DNA of 64,000 bases from Clostridia bacterium (GTDB taxonomy: Bacteria; Bacillota; Clostridia; UMGS1883): contig JAZNSQ010000003.1 in NCBI GenBank assembly GCA_045591265.1, forward strand, positions 20,150 to 84,149, in the 5' to 3' direction. The notes below the pieces were generated by a model, which searched no databases, was not told where the DNA came from, and was given only the letters and a program-made list of their open reading frames with translations. Below are positions 40,371 to 49,096 of the stretch, in pieces; the stretch's first letter is position 1; the number at the start of each line of letters is the position of its first letter. Both the position numbers and the translations under genes were made by a program.

Positions 40371-40407
40371 TCAAAAAAAGAACCGCAGAAATTTTATTCT
40401 GCGGTTC
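40371..40407 (-). terminator. Rho-independent terminator after the DegT gene.
   Basis: gaaccgcagaa-attttat-tctgcggttc hairpin, followed on the minus strand by a T7 run. Confidence 0.65.
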
Positions 40408-40418
40408 TTTAGTTATTT

Positions 40419-41726
40419 TTATCTGCCTTCCTGCATTTCCTTTACTGATTCAAGCACTGCGTCAGCCATATACCGGAGCTGCTCATCACTTAAGCCGTAA
40501 AGCGGAAGATGAGTAAATCTCTTATAGAATACTTCTTCACAGTTGGGGCATGTTTTAGCGATTTCATCTGAATCGTATCCCATATCGGAAACAACCTTAA
40601 AGCGATAAAGAGGTCCAAAGTGTGCTATCTGGGTAACACCCTTTTCTTCAAGCTTTTTCTTAAGAACCTGAACATCTCCACCAGCCTTTGCGGGGTCAAT
40701 CTGAAGAAGATAAAGATGGAATGTGGGCTTAATGTCCTCCCCACCTAAATCCTGCGCAATAATAGCATCATTTTCTTTAAAGCGGTTTGTAAGATACTGG
40801 GCAGCTTTTCTTCTTATTTCAATAATCTCTTCATTTCTTTCAACCTGAAGCTTAAGTCCGAGACCCTGAATTTCAGTTGTTGAGTGATTTCCTGCAACGA
40901 AAGGCTTTTCTTTTCCTGGGATAGGAGTTATATTATAAAGCCAATCTTTAATGGGACATGTAAAGTCAAGTCCAAGGAATCTTGCTCTCTTCATTTCATC
41001 GCCAAATCCGGGAACATTAGTTGTAACAATTCCACCCTCACCGAATGAAGTGATGTTTTTAACCTCATGCATACTAAATGATGCAAAGTCACCGATTGTA
41101 CCGATTTTTCTGCCTTTATACATTGCACCAAAAGCGTGCGCAGCATCTTCAAGAACAAGGATATTGTGCTTTTTAGCAAGCTCCATAATCGGGTCAAGGT
41201 CAACGGGGTATCCGCCGATATGTACGGGAACAATCATCTTTGTCTTAGGTGTGATTTTACGTGCAACGTCAGCGGGATCCATATTGATTGTTTTGGGATC
41301 AACGTCTGCAAAAACAAGCTTACAGCCAATAGATAAAGGATAAGCCATTGTGGCAACGAATGTGATTGCAGGAACAATTACTTCGTCTCCTTCTTTAAGA
41401 TTTGCATACTTGTATGCGATTTCAAAGCCTGCAGTAGCGTTTGTAACGAATGTTGATGTTTCTGTGCCGAGGTATTCATTACAAGCCTTTTCAGCAGCTT
41501 CTACCTGACTGCCCAAAGAAAGCTTTCCCGGAGGAGTTGAAACTGCATCAAGCTTTTTAATCTGCTTGTATACTTCGTTTATTGCGTCATCATATTCCTT
41601 TCCCTCACCCTGCATAAGAAAGCGGATGATTTCCATAAGGTCATGTGCATTATAGTTTTCGCCTACTGCTGCCCACGGAACCTTTGTCGCACCTGTGTTG
41701 TAACGAAAGTCTGTCGTCTTTTTCAT
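40419..41726 (-). CDS. DegT/DnrJ/EryC1/StrS-family PLP-dependent aminotransferase with an N-terminal extension of about 60 aa.
   Basis: 435 aa. SFSMHEVKNITS PLP-lysine motif and DAAHAFGA. AGGAGG ribosome-binding site. Confidence 0.85.
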   Translation of the reverse strand: MKKTTDFRYNTGATKVPWAAVGENYNAHDLMEIIRFLMQGEGKEYDDAINEVYKQIKKLDAVSTPPGKLSLGSQVEAAEKACNEYLGTETSTFVTNATAGFEIAYKYANLKEGDEVIVPAITFVATMAYPLSIGCKLVFADVDPKTINMDPADVARKITPKTKMIVPVHIGGYPVDLDPIMELAKKHNILVLEDAAHAFGAMYKGRKIGTIGDFASFSMHEVKNITSFGEGGIVTTNVPGFGDEMKRARFLGLDFTCPIKDWLYNITPIPGKEKPFVAGNHSTTEIQGLGLKLQVERNEEIIEIRRKAAQYLTNRFKENDAIIAQDLGGEDIKPTFHLYLLQIDPAKAGGDVQVLKKKLEEKGVTQIAHFGPLYRFKVVSDMGYDSDEIAKTCPNCEEVFYKRFTHLPLYGLSDEQLRYMADAVLESVKEMQEGR

Positions 41727-41743
41727 AAATTTTCCTCCTGTTT

Positions 41744-41778
41744 GCTATAATTAATTTATTGCTTAAATTAATTATAGC
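41744..41778. promoter_or_regulatory. 35-bp perfect palindromic operator in the divergent DegT/ROK promoter region.
   Basis: gctataattaattta-ttgct-taaattaattatagc: 15-bp perfect inverted arms separated by a 5-bp spacer. Confidence 0.55.
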
Positions 41779-41813
41779 ATTACTCTCATTTCTTGTCAAT
41801 ACTCTATAGCCGA

Positions 41814-41842
41814 AGTTGACATTTTTTCTATGTAATGTTATA
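41814..41842 (+). promoter_or_regulatory. Sigma-A-type promoter for the ROK regulator gene.
   Basis: TTGACA, 17-bp spacer, TATAAT; consensus -35 and -10 elements about 35 bp upstream of the ATG at 41876. Confidence 0.55.
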
Positions 41843-41875
41843 ATTTTTCCATAATGATGAAAAGGATTACATTCT

Positions 41876-43042
41876 ATGAAAAAACAAGTGGCAAACGTGC
41901 AATTAATGCAAAAAATGAATAGGATAAGAGTACTGAATTTAGTAAGAAAAAATCCCGATATTTCGCGTCCGCTGATTGCTGAAATGACGGGGCTTTCACT
42001 TGCTTCCATTACGAATATAACCTCGTACCTTCTTGAAAAAGGATTGCTTACCGAATGCGGGATTGAGGATGTGGCGCGCGTTGGAAGAAAAAGCACACTC
42101 TTAAGATTCGGGAAAGATGCCTACAATATGATATGCGTAGTTATTGGTGCAGATAATATATATATCGCACTCACTAATCTTGAAGGAAAAATAAGTGTTT
42201 CACTAAAAGCGGATTCTGCCTCTCTTTCCCCGCAGGAGGTTATGGCTCTTGTTTGCGCGCAGGTAAAAAAATTAGTGAATGACTATGGAAAAGAAAAAAT
42301 TTTGGGTATTGAAATTGCAATTTCCGGCATAGTGCTTGACCACAGCAGATTTATCGTGTCGGCGCATCTTAAATGGAAGTCGTTTGACATAAAAAGAATA
42401 CTTGAGGAAGAAACCGGCGTAAGTGTTTTTGTAAATAACATTACATTTTTGCGTGCCGTGGGATACTTTTGTGTAAATAAATCATTTGAAAAAGGAAATA
42501 TGCTTCTTGTTGATATGGAAAGCGGTATAGGTGCAGTTCAGTTTTACGAGGGAGAGATAAGCCAGGGAACTTTAGGGGAAATCGGACATACCACGGTATC
42601 AAGAGATGGTGAGCCGTGTTTTTGCGGAAATCGGGGTTGCCTTGAAGCTATGTGTTCAAAGAAAAGAATTCTCTCGCTTTATGAGGCATATGAAGGAAAA
42701 CGCCTTTCCTCTTTAAGCGAAATAGAAGCTCTCTTCAGAAAAAACGATAAAAACGCCGTATCTGCCGTAGTGGAATGCGGAAAATACCTTGGAATAGGTC
42801 TTGCCAATCTTGTTAATCTCTTTAATCCGTCCGTAATTGTCATTAATACAAGCGAATTTTCGCAATGCCCGTCAATTCTTGAAGAGGCGGAAAAGGAGCT
42901 TAAGGCACGTGCAAATTCAGCGCTTACAGAAAATCTGACTATAAAAAAGATAAACCAGACTTATGAGGATACAATATCTGCAAGCGCATTTGATTTGTGT
43001 AATCATATTTTTGATATTTCATCTGAACAAAACATTATTTAA
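41876..43042 (+). CDS. ROK-family transcriptional regulator (NagC/XylR type).
   Basis: N-terminal winged HTH (NRIRVLNLVRKNPDISRPLIAEMTGLS), a sugar-kinase-like fold and the ROK zinc motif CFCGNRGCLE. Confidence 0.85.
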   Translation: MKKQVANVQLMQKMNRIRVLNLVRKNPDISRPLIAEMTGLSLASITNITSYLLEKGLLTECGIEDVARVGRKSTLLRFGKDAYNMICVVIGADNIYIALTNLEGKISVSLKADSASLSPQEVMALVCAQVKKLVNDYGKEKILGIEIAISGIVLDHSRFIVSAHLKWKSFDIKRILEEETGVSVFVNNITFLRAVGYFCVNKSFEKGNMLLVDMESGIGAVQFYEGEISQGTLGEIGHTTVSRDGEPCFCGNRGCLEAMCSKKRILSLYEAYEGKRLSSLSEIEALFRKNDKNAVSAVVECGKYLGIGLANLVNLFNPSVIVINTSEFSQCPSILEEAEKELKARANSALTENLTIKKINQTYEDTISASAFDLCNHIFDISSEQNII

Positions 43043-43533
43043 AGCGAGGGGAACCCCCCTCGCTTTTTTGACATTTTGCAGTCTGTTATTTCCACGATAG
43101 CCTTTGGCATATTTGTCTTTTGCCAGAGCTGTGGGTCAAAGCTGTCCTGTTTATACTTTGATGTAAATATTTTTGCGCTCCCTTCGCTGCCGAAAAGAAC
43201 AACCTTTTTGTTAAAGGTTGAAACGCCCTCGATAGTTACAGGCCTTGCAACGCCCGTGTAAACATCGAGCGTAATTTTGAAAAAGAAATTAAGGTCAACG
43301 GTGTAGTAACCGCGGTTAAACGGCATTTTTTCAACATCGCTGAATACCCATATTACCTCTGCCTTTCTACAGCGGATTTCAACCGCGCGGTCAACCACCT
43401 CCTGACCTGTTTCAGTTAAGTACACTCTCATACATTCTATGCATTCTTTACTTCTGCACGAATCGTATATTTTATCGGTCTGAATACACACCTTTTCCTT
43501 ACAGCCGAAGGAACCGGTAAGTTTTTCTTCCAT
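43039..43533 (-). CDS. Uncharacterised cysteine-rich small protein (164 aa), paralogous to the ORF at 30864-31259.
   Basis: Strong AGGAGGA ribosome-binding site. N-terminal CKEKVC...CRSKECIECMRVY cluster resembling C..CNIPDCVRRVY of the 131-aa ORF, and YYTVDLNFFFKITL resembling IYVTIGLFTIIKL. No recognisable family. Confidence 0.5.
   Translation of the reverse strand: MEEKLTGSFGCKEKVCIQTDKIYDSCRSKECIECMRVYLTETGQEVVDRAVEIRCRKAEVIWVFSDVEKMPFNRGYYTVDLNFFFKITLDVYTGVARPVTIEGVSTFNKKVVLFGSEGSAKIFTSKYKQDSFDPQLWQKTNMPKAIVEITDCKMSKKRGGFPSL
43043..43069. terminator. Rho-independent terminator of the ROK gene; it also encodes the last 10 codons of the convergent 164-aa ORF.
   Basis: agcgaggggaacccccctcgct followed by a T6 run. 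Confidence 0.7.
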
Positions 43534-43542
43534 TAAAAATCC

Positions 43543-43601
43543 TCCTTCATAATATAGCTAGGTAGAACCCTAATACTATATTATGAAGAAGGATTTTTTT
43601 T
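43543..43601. other. Imperfect 17-bp inverted-repeat hairpin plus T8 run. It sequesters the ribosome-binding site of the 164-aa ORF and may also terminate the upstream SDR gene.
   Basis: tccttcataatatag ... ctatattatgaagaagga. The arm on the minus-strand mRNA contains the AGGAGGA Shine-Dalgarno sequence. Confidence 0.4.
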
Positions 43602-43610
43602 GTGACTTTC

Positions 43611-44333
43611 TTATATTACTATTCCGCCATCACAGCTGATTATCTGTCCTGTGATAAAGCGTGCACCACTTGACGCTAAAAAGAGTGCGAGCGCAGAAAC
43701 ATCCTCGGGCGTGCCGATAGAGGCAAGCGGGGTTTGGTTTATAAATTCTTCTTTATCCTCACTTGTTATATTTTTATTCATATCAGTATCGATAAATCCG
43801 GGGGCAATGGCATTAACCCTGATATTTGAGGGAGCAAGCTCTTTAGAAAGCGCTTTCGTAAAGGCATTTACTGCACCCTTACTTGCACTGTAACAACTCT
43901 CGCAAGAAGCACCCGTTATTCCCCACATTGAAGAAATGTTTATAATACACCCGCTTTTTTTATTTATCATTTCACGCGATGCAAACTTGCTTACTAAAAA
44001 TGTGCCCGTGATATTTGTTTTAAACACTCTTTCCCATTCTGAAAGGGCGATGTCACCTAAAATATTAAATGAGCTTACGCCTGCATTATTTATAAGCACA
44101 TCCAAAGTGCCGAAGTGAGAAATTGTTTCTTCAACAATTCTTTGTGCATCAAATTCATCTGACACATCACCCTTAACTAAAAGACTGCCCGAAAGCTCAC
44201 TTAAAAGCGCTTGCGCTTCTTTTTCACTTTTATTGTAGTTTATCGCAACATTATATCCGTTTTCGTAAAAAGTGCGCGCAATAGAGGCCCCTATTCCCCG
44301 TGATGCGCCAGTAATAAGTACAGTTTTTTTCAT
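43611..44333 (-). CDS. Short-chain dehydrogenase/reductase, FabG-like 3-oxoacyl-ACP reductase family.
   Basis: TGASRGIG Rossmann motif and YSASKGA catalytic motif, 240 aa. Confidence 0.85.
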   Translation of the reverse strand: MKKTVLITGASRGIGASIARTFYENGYNVAINYNKSEKEAQALLSELSGSLLVKGDVSDEFDAQRIVEETISHFGTLDVLINNAGVSSFNILGDIALSEWERVFKTNITGTFLVSKFASREMINKKSGCIINISSMWGITGASCESCYSASKGAVNAFTKALSKELAPSNIRVNAIAPGFIDTDMNKNITSEDKEEFINQTPLASIGTPEDVSALALFLASSGARFITGQIISCDGGIVI

Positions 44334-44338
44334 TTTGG

Positions 44339-45694
44339 TTACCCCTCATTTTTTATATACTGAAGTGCATCCCCTATTGAGCGCACGGCAATAAGCTCAA
44401 TTCCCTCACACTTATCGATTGCGCCTAATGAATCAAACGGGAGCATACATTTTTTAAATCCCATTTTCTTTATTTCATTTACTCTGCGCATTGCCCCCGT
44501 AACAGTTCTTATTTCGCCAGTAAGCCCGATTTCGCCAAAGAATGCCATATCGGAAGGAAGTGGTGTGTTTCTGAAGCTTGAGGCAATCGCAAGTGCTATC
44601 GCAAGGTCAGTTGCCGTTTCCTCTAATTTTATTCCGCCCGTTACATTGACGTAGGCATCGTATCCACCGAGATTGAGTCCTGCACGCTTTTCAAGCACAG
44701 TCATAAGAAGTGTTACTCTGTTATAATCAACACCGTTTGCCATTCTTCTTGGTATATTAAAGCTTGTCTGCGCTGTAAGTGCCTGAATTTCGGCTAAGAT
44801 TGGGCGCGTACCCTCAACGGAGCAAACTATCGCAGAGCCCGGTGAATCAACGGGTCTTCCTGAAAGCAGCATAAGTGATGGATTTACTACATCAATTAAT
44901 CCCTTATCCGTCATTTCAAAAACGCCCACCTCATTAGTTGAGCCAAAACGGTTTTTAACTGCCCTTATAATTCTGTAGCTCTGATGTCTTTCCCCCTCAA
45001 AGTAAAGCACGCAGTCAACCATATGCTCAAGCACCCTCGGGCCTGCTATTGCTCCTTCCTTTGTGACATGCCCTACGATAAAGAACGTAATCTGGTTCTT
45101 TTTAGCAATCTCCATAAATTTCATTGTGCATTCTCTTACCTGCCCAACGCTACCGGGGGCAGAAGAAAGAGAGTCCGAGTAAAGAGTCTGGATAGAGTCA
45201 ATTATTACATACTCGGGCTTTTCATTTTCAATTACCGAGAGGATTACGCTTAAATCGGTTTCGTTTAACACATAAAGGTTTTCCCCTTTTGCGCCAAGTC
45301 TTTCGGCACGGATTTTTATTTGTTTATCTGATTCCTCACCTGAAATGTAAAGAACCTTTTTATCCCCTGAAATATTATGTGCAATCTGGAGGAGAAGTGT
45401 GGATTTCCCTATTCCCGGCTCACCCCCGCACAAAATAAGAGACCCGCGCACTATTCCGCCGCCAAGCACTCTGTCAAGCTCTGCGCTTTTTGAGCTTTCG
45501 CGCTCTGCTTCATTGGTCGATATCTCCAAAATTGGTGTCGGCTTCGTGTTTTTGCGCACATCAAAAGAAGAGGAGGTTTTTGAAATCGTCTCCTCAACCA
45601 TTGAATTCCATGTATTGCATGCGGGGCATTTTCCTACCCATTTTACGGATTCATACCCACATTCATTACAAACAAAAACCGTTTTGTTTTTCAC
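44339..45694 (-). CDS. radA: DNA repair protein RadA/Sms.
   Basis: N-terminal zinc finger CNECGYESVKWVGKCPAC, Walker A GEPGIGKST, KNRFG motif and Lon-like C-terminus. Confidence 0.95.
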   Translation of the reverse strand: MKNKTVFVCNECGYESVKWVGKCPACNTWNSMVEETISKTSSSFDVRKNTKPTPILEISTNEAERESSKSAELDRVLGGGIVRGSLILCGGEPGIGKSTLLLQIAHNISGDKKVLYISGEESDKQIKIRAERLGAKGENLYVLNETDLSVILSVIENEKPEYVIIDSIQTLYSDSLSSAPGSVGQVRECTMKFMEIAKKNQITFFIVGHVTKEGAIAGPRVLEHMVDCVLYFEGERHQSYRIIRAVKNRFGSTNEVGVFEMTDKGLIDVVNPSLMLLSGRPVDSPGSAIVCSVEGTRPILAEIQALTAQTSFNIPRRMANGVDYNRVTLLMTVLEKRAGLNLGGYDAYVNVTGGIKLEETATDLAIALAIASSFRNTPLPSDMAFFGEIGLTGEIRTVTGAMRRVNEIKKMGFKKCMLPFDSLGAIDKCEGIELIAVRSIGDALQYIKNEG

Positions 45695-45724
45695 AATCTC
45701 ACTCCCCGAGAATTTATGAAGTTA

Positions 45725-46270
45725 TCAGTCCTTAAAAACTTCGATGTTTTCAAAGATGTATGCAACCCAGCTTGCAAGTGTAAAGATAGCTGATATCCAG
45801 ATAACGATTTCTGATGCAAGCGGGAAGGTATTAAAGAAGGCAATCGCAAAAATGAGAGAAAACATCTGTACATTTGTTTTTACCTTTCCCCACCAGCTTG
45901 CCGGGATAACCTTTCCCTTATCTACCGCTACAACGCGCATACTTGTTACAAAGAATTCGCGCGCAATAATTATAATTGCGGGCCACACAAATGAAGGTGC
46001 TTTTGCTACAAAGCAAATAAGTGCACCGAATGTCAAAAGCTTATCTGCAAGCGGGTCCATAATTTTTCCAAAGGATGAAACAAGGTTATTTTTTCTTGCA
46101 ATGTAGCCGTCAAGAAAATCTGTAATGCTTGCAAGCGCAAATACAATTGCGGCTGTTATGTTAAAGCCTAAAAGTATAAGCGCCATACATACAGGTACCA
46201 TAACCATTCTTATAAGTGTAAGTTTGTTTGGTAAGTTCATATTATTACTCCTCTTCTCCATATAAATCAT
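45725..46270 (-). CDS. pgsA: CDP-diacylglycerol--glycerol-3-phosphate 3-phosphatidyltransferase.
   Basis: PNKLTLIRM..DFLDGYIARK...DPLADK CDP-alcohol phosphatidyltransferase motif. Confidence 0.9.
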   Translation of the reverse strand: MIYMEKRSNNMNLPNKLTLIRMVMVPVCMALILLGFNITAAIVFALASITDFLDGYIARKNNLVSSFGKIMDPLADKLLTFGALICFVAKAPSFVWPAIIIIAREFFVTSMRVVAVDKGKVIPASWWGKVKTNVQMFSLIFAIAFFNTFPLASEIVIWISAIFTLASWVAYIFENIEVFKD

Positions 46271-47582
46271 ACGCTTCCGCGCTTTTTATAACTACATTTA
46301 CAAAGTCGCCGGGTGAAAGGTCACGCTTTGCACCAAAATATATTTTGGGGTCAATTTCTATGCTTTCGCCTTCGCTTCTGCCAAAGTAAAGATTATCTTC
46401 AAACCCTTCTGTTATAACCTTAAGGGTTTTTCCAATTAAGCTTTCATTTCTCTTAAGAGAAATCTCTTCTGCTATATTCATCACAATTTCTCTTCGCTTT
46501 TCACCTATTTCTTCACTGACTCGGTTTGGTAGCTTTTCGGCAGGGGTGCCTTCCTCTAAAGAGTATCTGAATGCACCAAGTCTGTCAAACTTTACGTTTC
46601 GAAGAAAATCGCAAAGGTGCAAAAACTCCTCTTCTGTTTCTCCGGGGAAGCCCGTGATGATACTTGTGCGAAGCGTGATAGAGGGGATTTCTCGCCTTAA
46701 AGTTGATATCAGCTTTTCTAAGCTTTCTCTATCTGTGTGCCTTCCCATTCTTTTAAGTGTGGCATCGCATCCATGCTGAACAGGAATATCTAAATATTTT
46801 ACTATTTTTTCTTCGTTTTTGATTGTATCAATTAGTTCACTGTCGATTTCTTCGGGATAAGAATAGTGAAGCCTTATCCATTTTAATTTTTCTATTTTAC
46901 AAAGCTCTTTTAACAGAGGGCTTATCATTTTTTTATGGTAAAGGTCAAGCCCGTACCTTGTTGTATCCTGCGCTACCACAATAAGCTCACGCACGCCGTT
47001 TTCTGAAAGTGCGCGCGCCTCGGCGAGTATGCTTTCCATACTTCTGCTTCGCATCTTTCCCCTTATTTTAGGAATCGCGCAGTATGTGCAGTGGTTGTCG
47101 CACCCTTCCGCAATTTTTATGTATGCAACGTATGATGGCGTTGTTATTATTCTTGGAAGATTTGCTGATATTTCTTCATTTATATCATTTATGTATGACT
47201 CTTTCTTGCCCTCAAGCCCATTTTTTATAGCCTCACATATATCTTCTATGGCAGTTGTACCCACTAAAACATCAAGCTCGGGAAGTTCAGTTTTTATTTC
47301 CTTTGCGTAGCGCTGAACAAGGCATCCACAGCCTACAAGAAGTTTACATTTACCCTTTTTATACTCTGCCATTTCCAAAATTGTATCTATTGACTCTTGC
47401 TTGGCGCTATCTATAAACCCACAGGTATTTACAACAATTACATCGGCGTTTTCGCTTTCAGGCGTGATTTCATATCCGTTTTCTGAAAGAATCCCTAACA
47501 TATTTTCAGTATCGCACAAATTTTTATTGCACCCAAGCGACACAAACCCTATTTTTATATTCAACCGTTTCACCTCAATCAT
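46245..47582 (-). CDS. rimO: MiaB-family methylthiotransferase, most likely ribosomal protein S12 methylthiotransferase RimO.
   Basis: N-terminal MTTase domain (IGFVSLGCNKN), radical SAM CDNHCTYC and C-terminal TRAM. Start placed at MIEVKR. The RimO versus MtaB assignment is tentative. Confidence 0.7.
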   Translation of the reverse strand: MIEVKRLNIKIGFVSLGCNKNLCDTENMLGILSENGYEITPESENADVIVVNTCGFIDSAKQESIDTILEMAEYKKGKCKLLVGCGCLVQRYAKEIKTELPELDVLVGTTAIEDICEAIKNGLEGKKESYINDINEEISANLPRIITTPSYVAYIKIAEGCDNHCTYCAIPKIRGKMRSRSMESILAEARALSENGVRELIVVAQDTTRYGLDLYHKKMISPLLKELCKIEKLKWIRLHYSYPEEIDSELIDTIKNEEKIVKYLDIPVQHGCDATLKRMGRHTDRESLEKLISTLRREIPSITLRTSIITGFPGETEEEFLHLCDFLRNVKFDRLGAFRYSLEEGTPAEKLPNRVSEEIGEKRREIVMNIAEEISLKRNESLIGKTLKVITEGFEDNLYFGRSEGESIEIDPKIYFGAKRDLSPGDFVNVVIKSAEAYDLYGEEE

Positions 47583-48042
47583 CTGGCAAAATATCTTCAA
47601 ATGAGCAAGCTCTGTTTATCGCACCCTTAATTTCCGAAGGCGAAAACCCACGCCTTGCAAAGTAGCCGAAAATCCGTGCGCGCTCCTTTTCGTTTGAAAG
47701 GTCAGAGTTTTTAAATCTTTTTTGTATTTCGATATCTAAAATCTCTTCCTCATCCGTGCAAAACTCATCTGTTACACTTTGCGCAGTTTCTTTGTCTATG
47801 CCCTTGCGGGATAGCTCAAATATAATTTTTGATTTGCCCCATTTTTTTAAATTCTGGGCATCTCTTGTAAATTTTTGTGCATAGGAAAAGTCGTCAATAT
47901 ATTTATATTCCTTCAAAAAAAGGATTACCTCTTCAATTTCCTCTTCCCTGTAGCCTTTTTCCTTTAGCTTATCTGTAAGCTCTTTTTGTGTTCTGTCTTT
48001 AATTGTAATAAGCTTTAATGCGCGTTCTTTACAACTAATCAT
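47575..48042 (-). CDS. recX: Regulatory protein RecX.
   Basis: Three tandem RecX helical repeats (ALKLITIKDRTQKELTDKLKEKGY...). Confidence 0.8.
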   Translation of the reverse strand: MISCKERALKLITIKDRTQKELTDKLKEKGYREEEIEEVILFLKEYKYIDDFSYAQKFTRDAQNLKKWGKSKIIFELSRKGIDKETAQSVTDEFCTDEEEILDIEIQKRFKNSDLSNEKERARIFGYFARRGFSPSEIKGAINRACSFEDILPDD

Positions 48043-49096
48043 CTAAAAACTCCATAAAAACAAGGTTTGCCAAATCTGTTCCTCTTTCGGTAAGCATAAG
48101 CCTATCTTTCTCTATTTTAAGAAGGCCCTTTTTTATGAGGGGATTTACTCTCTCAGGAAACTCACCATTATATAAAACGCCTTTCGTCATACGAAGTCCA
48201 AGCATAAAAAGTTCAAGCTCTCTTTCCCGCTTTGAAATATCCAAAACACCTGTTTTTATGCCTTTTCCCTCTATGTAATTATCAACATCAGGCTCATTAT
48301 AAAATCTCTGTCCGTTACAGTAAGAATGTGCACCCGCGCCAAGCCCTATGTACTCATAATCCTGCCAGTAGCGCATATTGTGTTTGCTTTCAAACCCTTT
48401 TTTTGCAAAGTTTGATATTTCGTATCTAAAAAGCCCCATCCCAGATAGCTTTTCTGTCGCAAAATAGTACATTTCGCGCTCAATTTCTTCTGTGGGTAAG
48501 TCAAGCTCCATATCATAAAATGGAGTGTTTTCTTCAATTATTAACGAATAGCACGAAATATGCGGTGCACCGATTTTTTCGATGGCATCAAGGGATTGTG
48601 AAAGGCTTTCTATAGTTTGATTAGGCGTTGCAAGCATTAAGTCAATGTTATAGTTTTCAAATCCCGCTTTTTTTATTTCTTCAACTGTTTTATAGATTTG
48701 CGCGCTTGTGTGAATTCTGCCAAGAGCGCGAAGCTCATCATCATTAAAGGATTGCGCGCCAAGGCTTATTCTGTTTACGCCACAATCTTTAAGGCTTTTA
48801 AAGATTGTCCCATTTTCTATGCCCGGGTTTGCCTCAACAGTAAATTCGTAACCTTCTTTAAAAGAAAAGTGTTTTCCTACTTCTTCGCAAATCCTTAAAA
48901 GGTCATTTCCTATAGCGGTGGGAGTGCCACCGCCAATGTAGATGGTTTCTATTTCTTTTTTTTCGCAATTCTTTATTTCTTCTATGACTTTATCGGTATA
49001 GTCCTTTGCCTTTTCTAAATCACAAATGGAATAAAAGTCACAGTAAAGGCACTTTTTTTTACAAAACGGAATGTGAATATAAATCATATCAGTCAT
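48035..49096 (-). CDS. hemW: Radical SAM heme chaperone HemW.
   Basis: [19 protein letters not shown] radical-SAM start and a HemN C-terminal domain. Confidence 0.9.
   Translation of the reverse strand: MTDMIYIHIPFCKKKCLYCDFYSICDLEKAKDYTDKVIEEIKNCEKKEIETIYIGGGTPTAIGNDLLRICEEVGKHFSFKEGYEFTVEANPGIENGTIFKSLKDCGVNRISLGAQSFNDDELRALGRIHTSAQIYKTVEEIKKAGFENYNIDLMLATPNQTIESLSQSLDAIEKIGAPHISCYSLIIEENTPFYDMELDLPTEEIEREMYYFATEKLSGMGLFRYEISNFAKKGFESKHNMRYWQDYEYIGLGAGAHSYCNGQRFYNEPDVDNYIEGKGIKTGVLDISKRERELELFMLGLRMTKGVLYNGEFPERVNPLIKKGLLKIEKDRLMLTERGTDLANLVFMEFLDD

Larger units (their letters stand above)
30842..43610. mobile_element. Putative accessory or integrated island bounded by the cdaR terminator and the SDR-radA core block. 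It carries the serine recombinase and a sugar-metabolism cluster.
   Basis: Lone large serine recombinase at the left edge. Break of the common cdaA-cdaR-glmM synteny. Paralogous cysteine-rich ORFs at both edges. Contents are regulators and carbohydrate enzymes. The exact ends are not determinable from the sequence alone. Confidence 0.3.

Noticed and set aside
30864-43533. Idea that the 131-aa and 164-aa cysteine-rich ORFs are two halves of a single gene interrupted by the recombinase-borne element, skin-element style.
   Set aside because: The similarity is between their N-terminal halves, which is a paralog pattern, not a 5'-half/3'-half split. The DNA is not near-identical. Both have their own starts and terminators.
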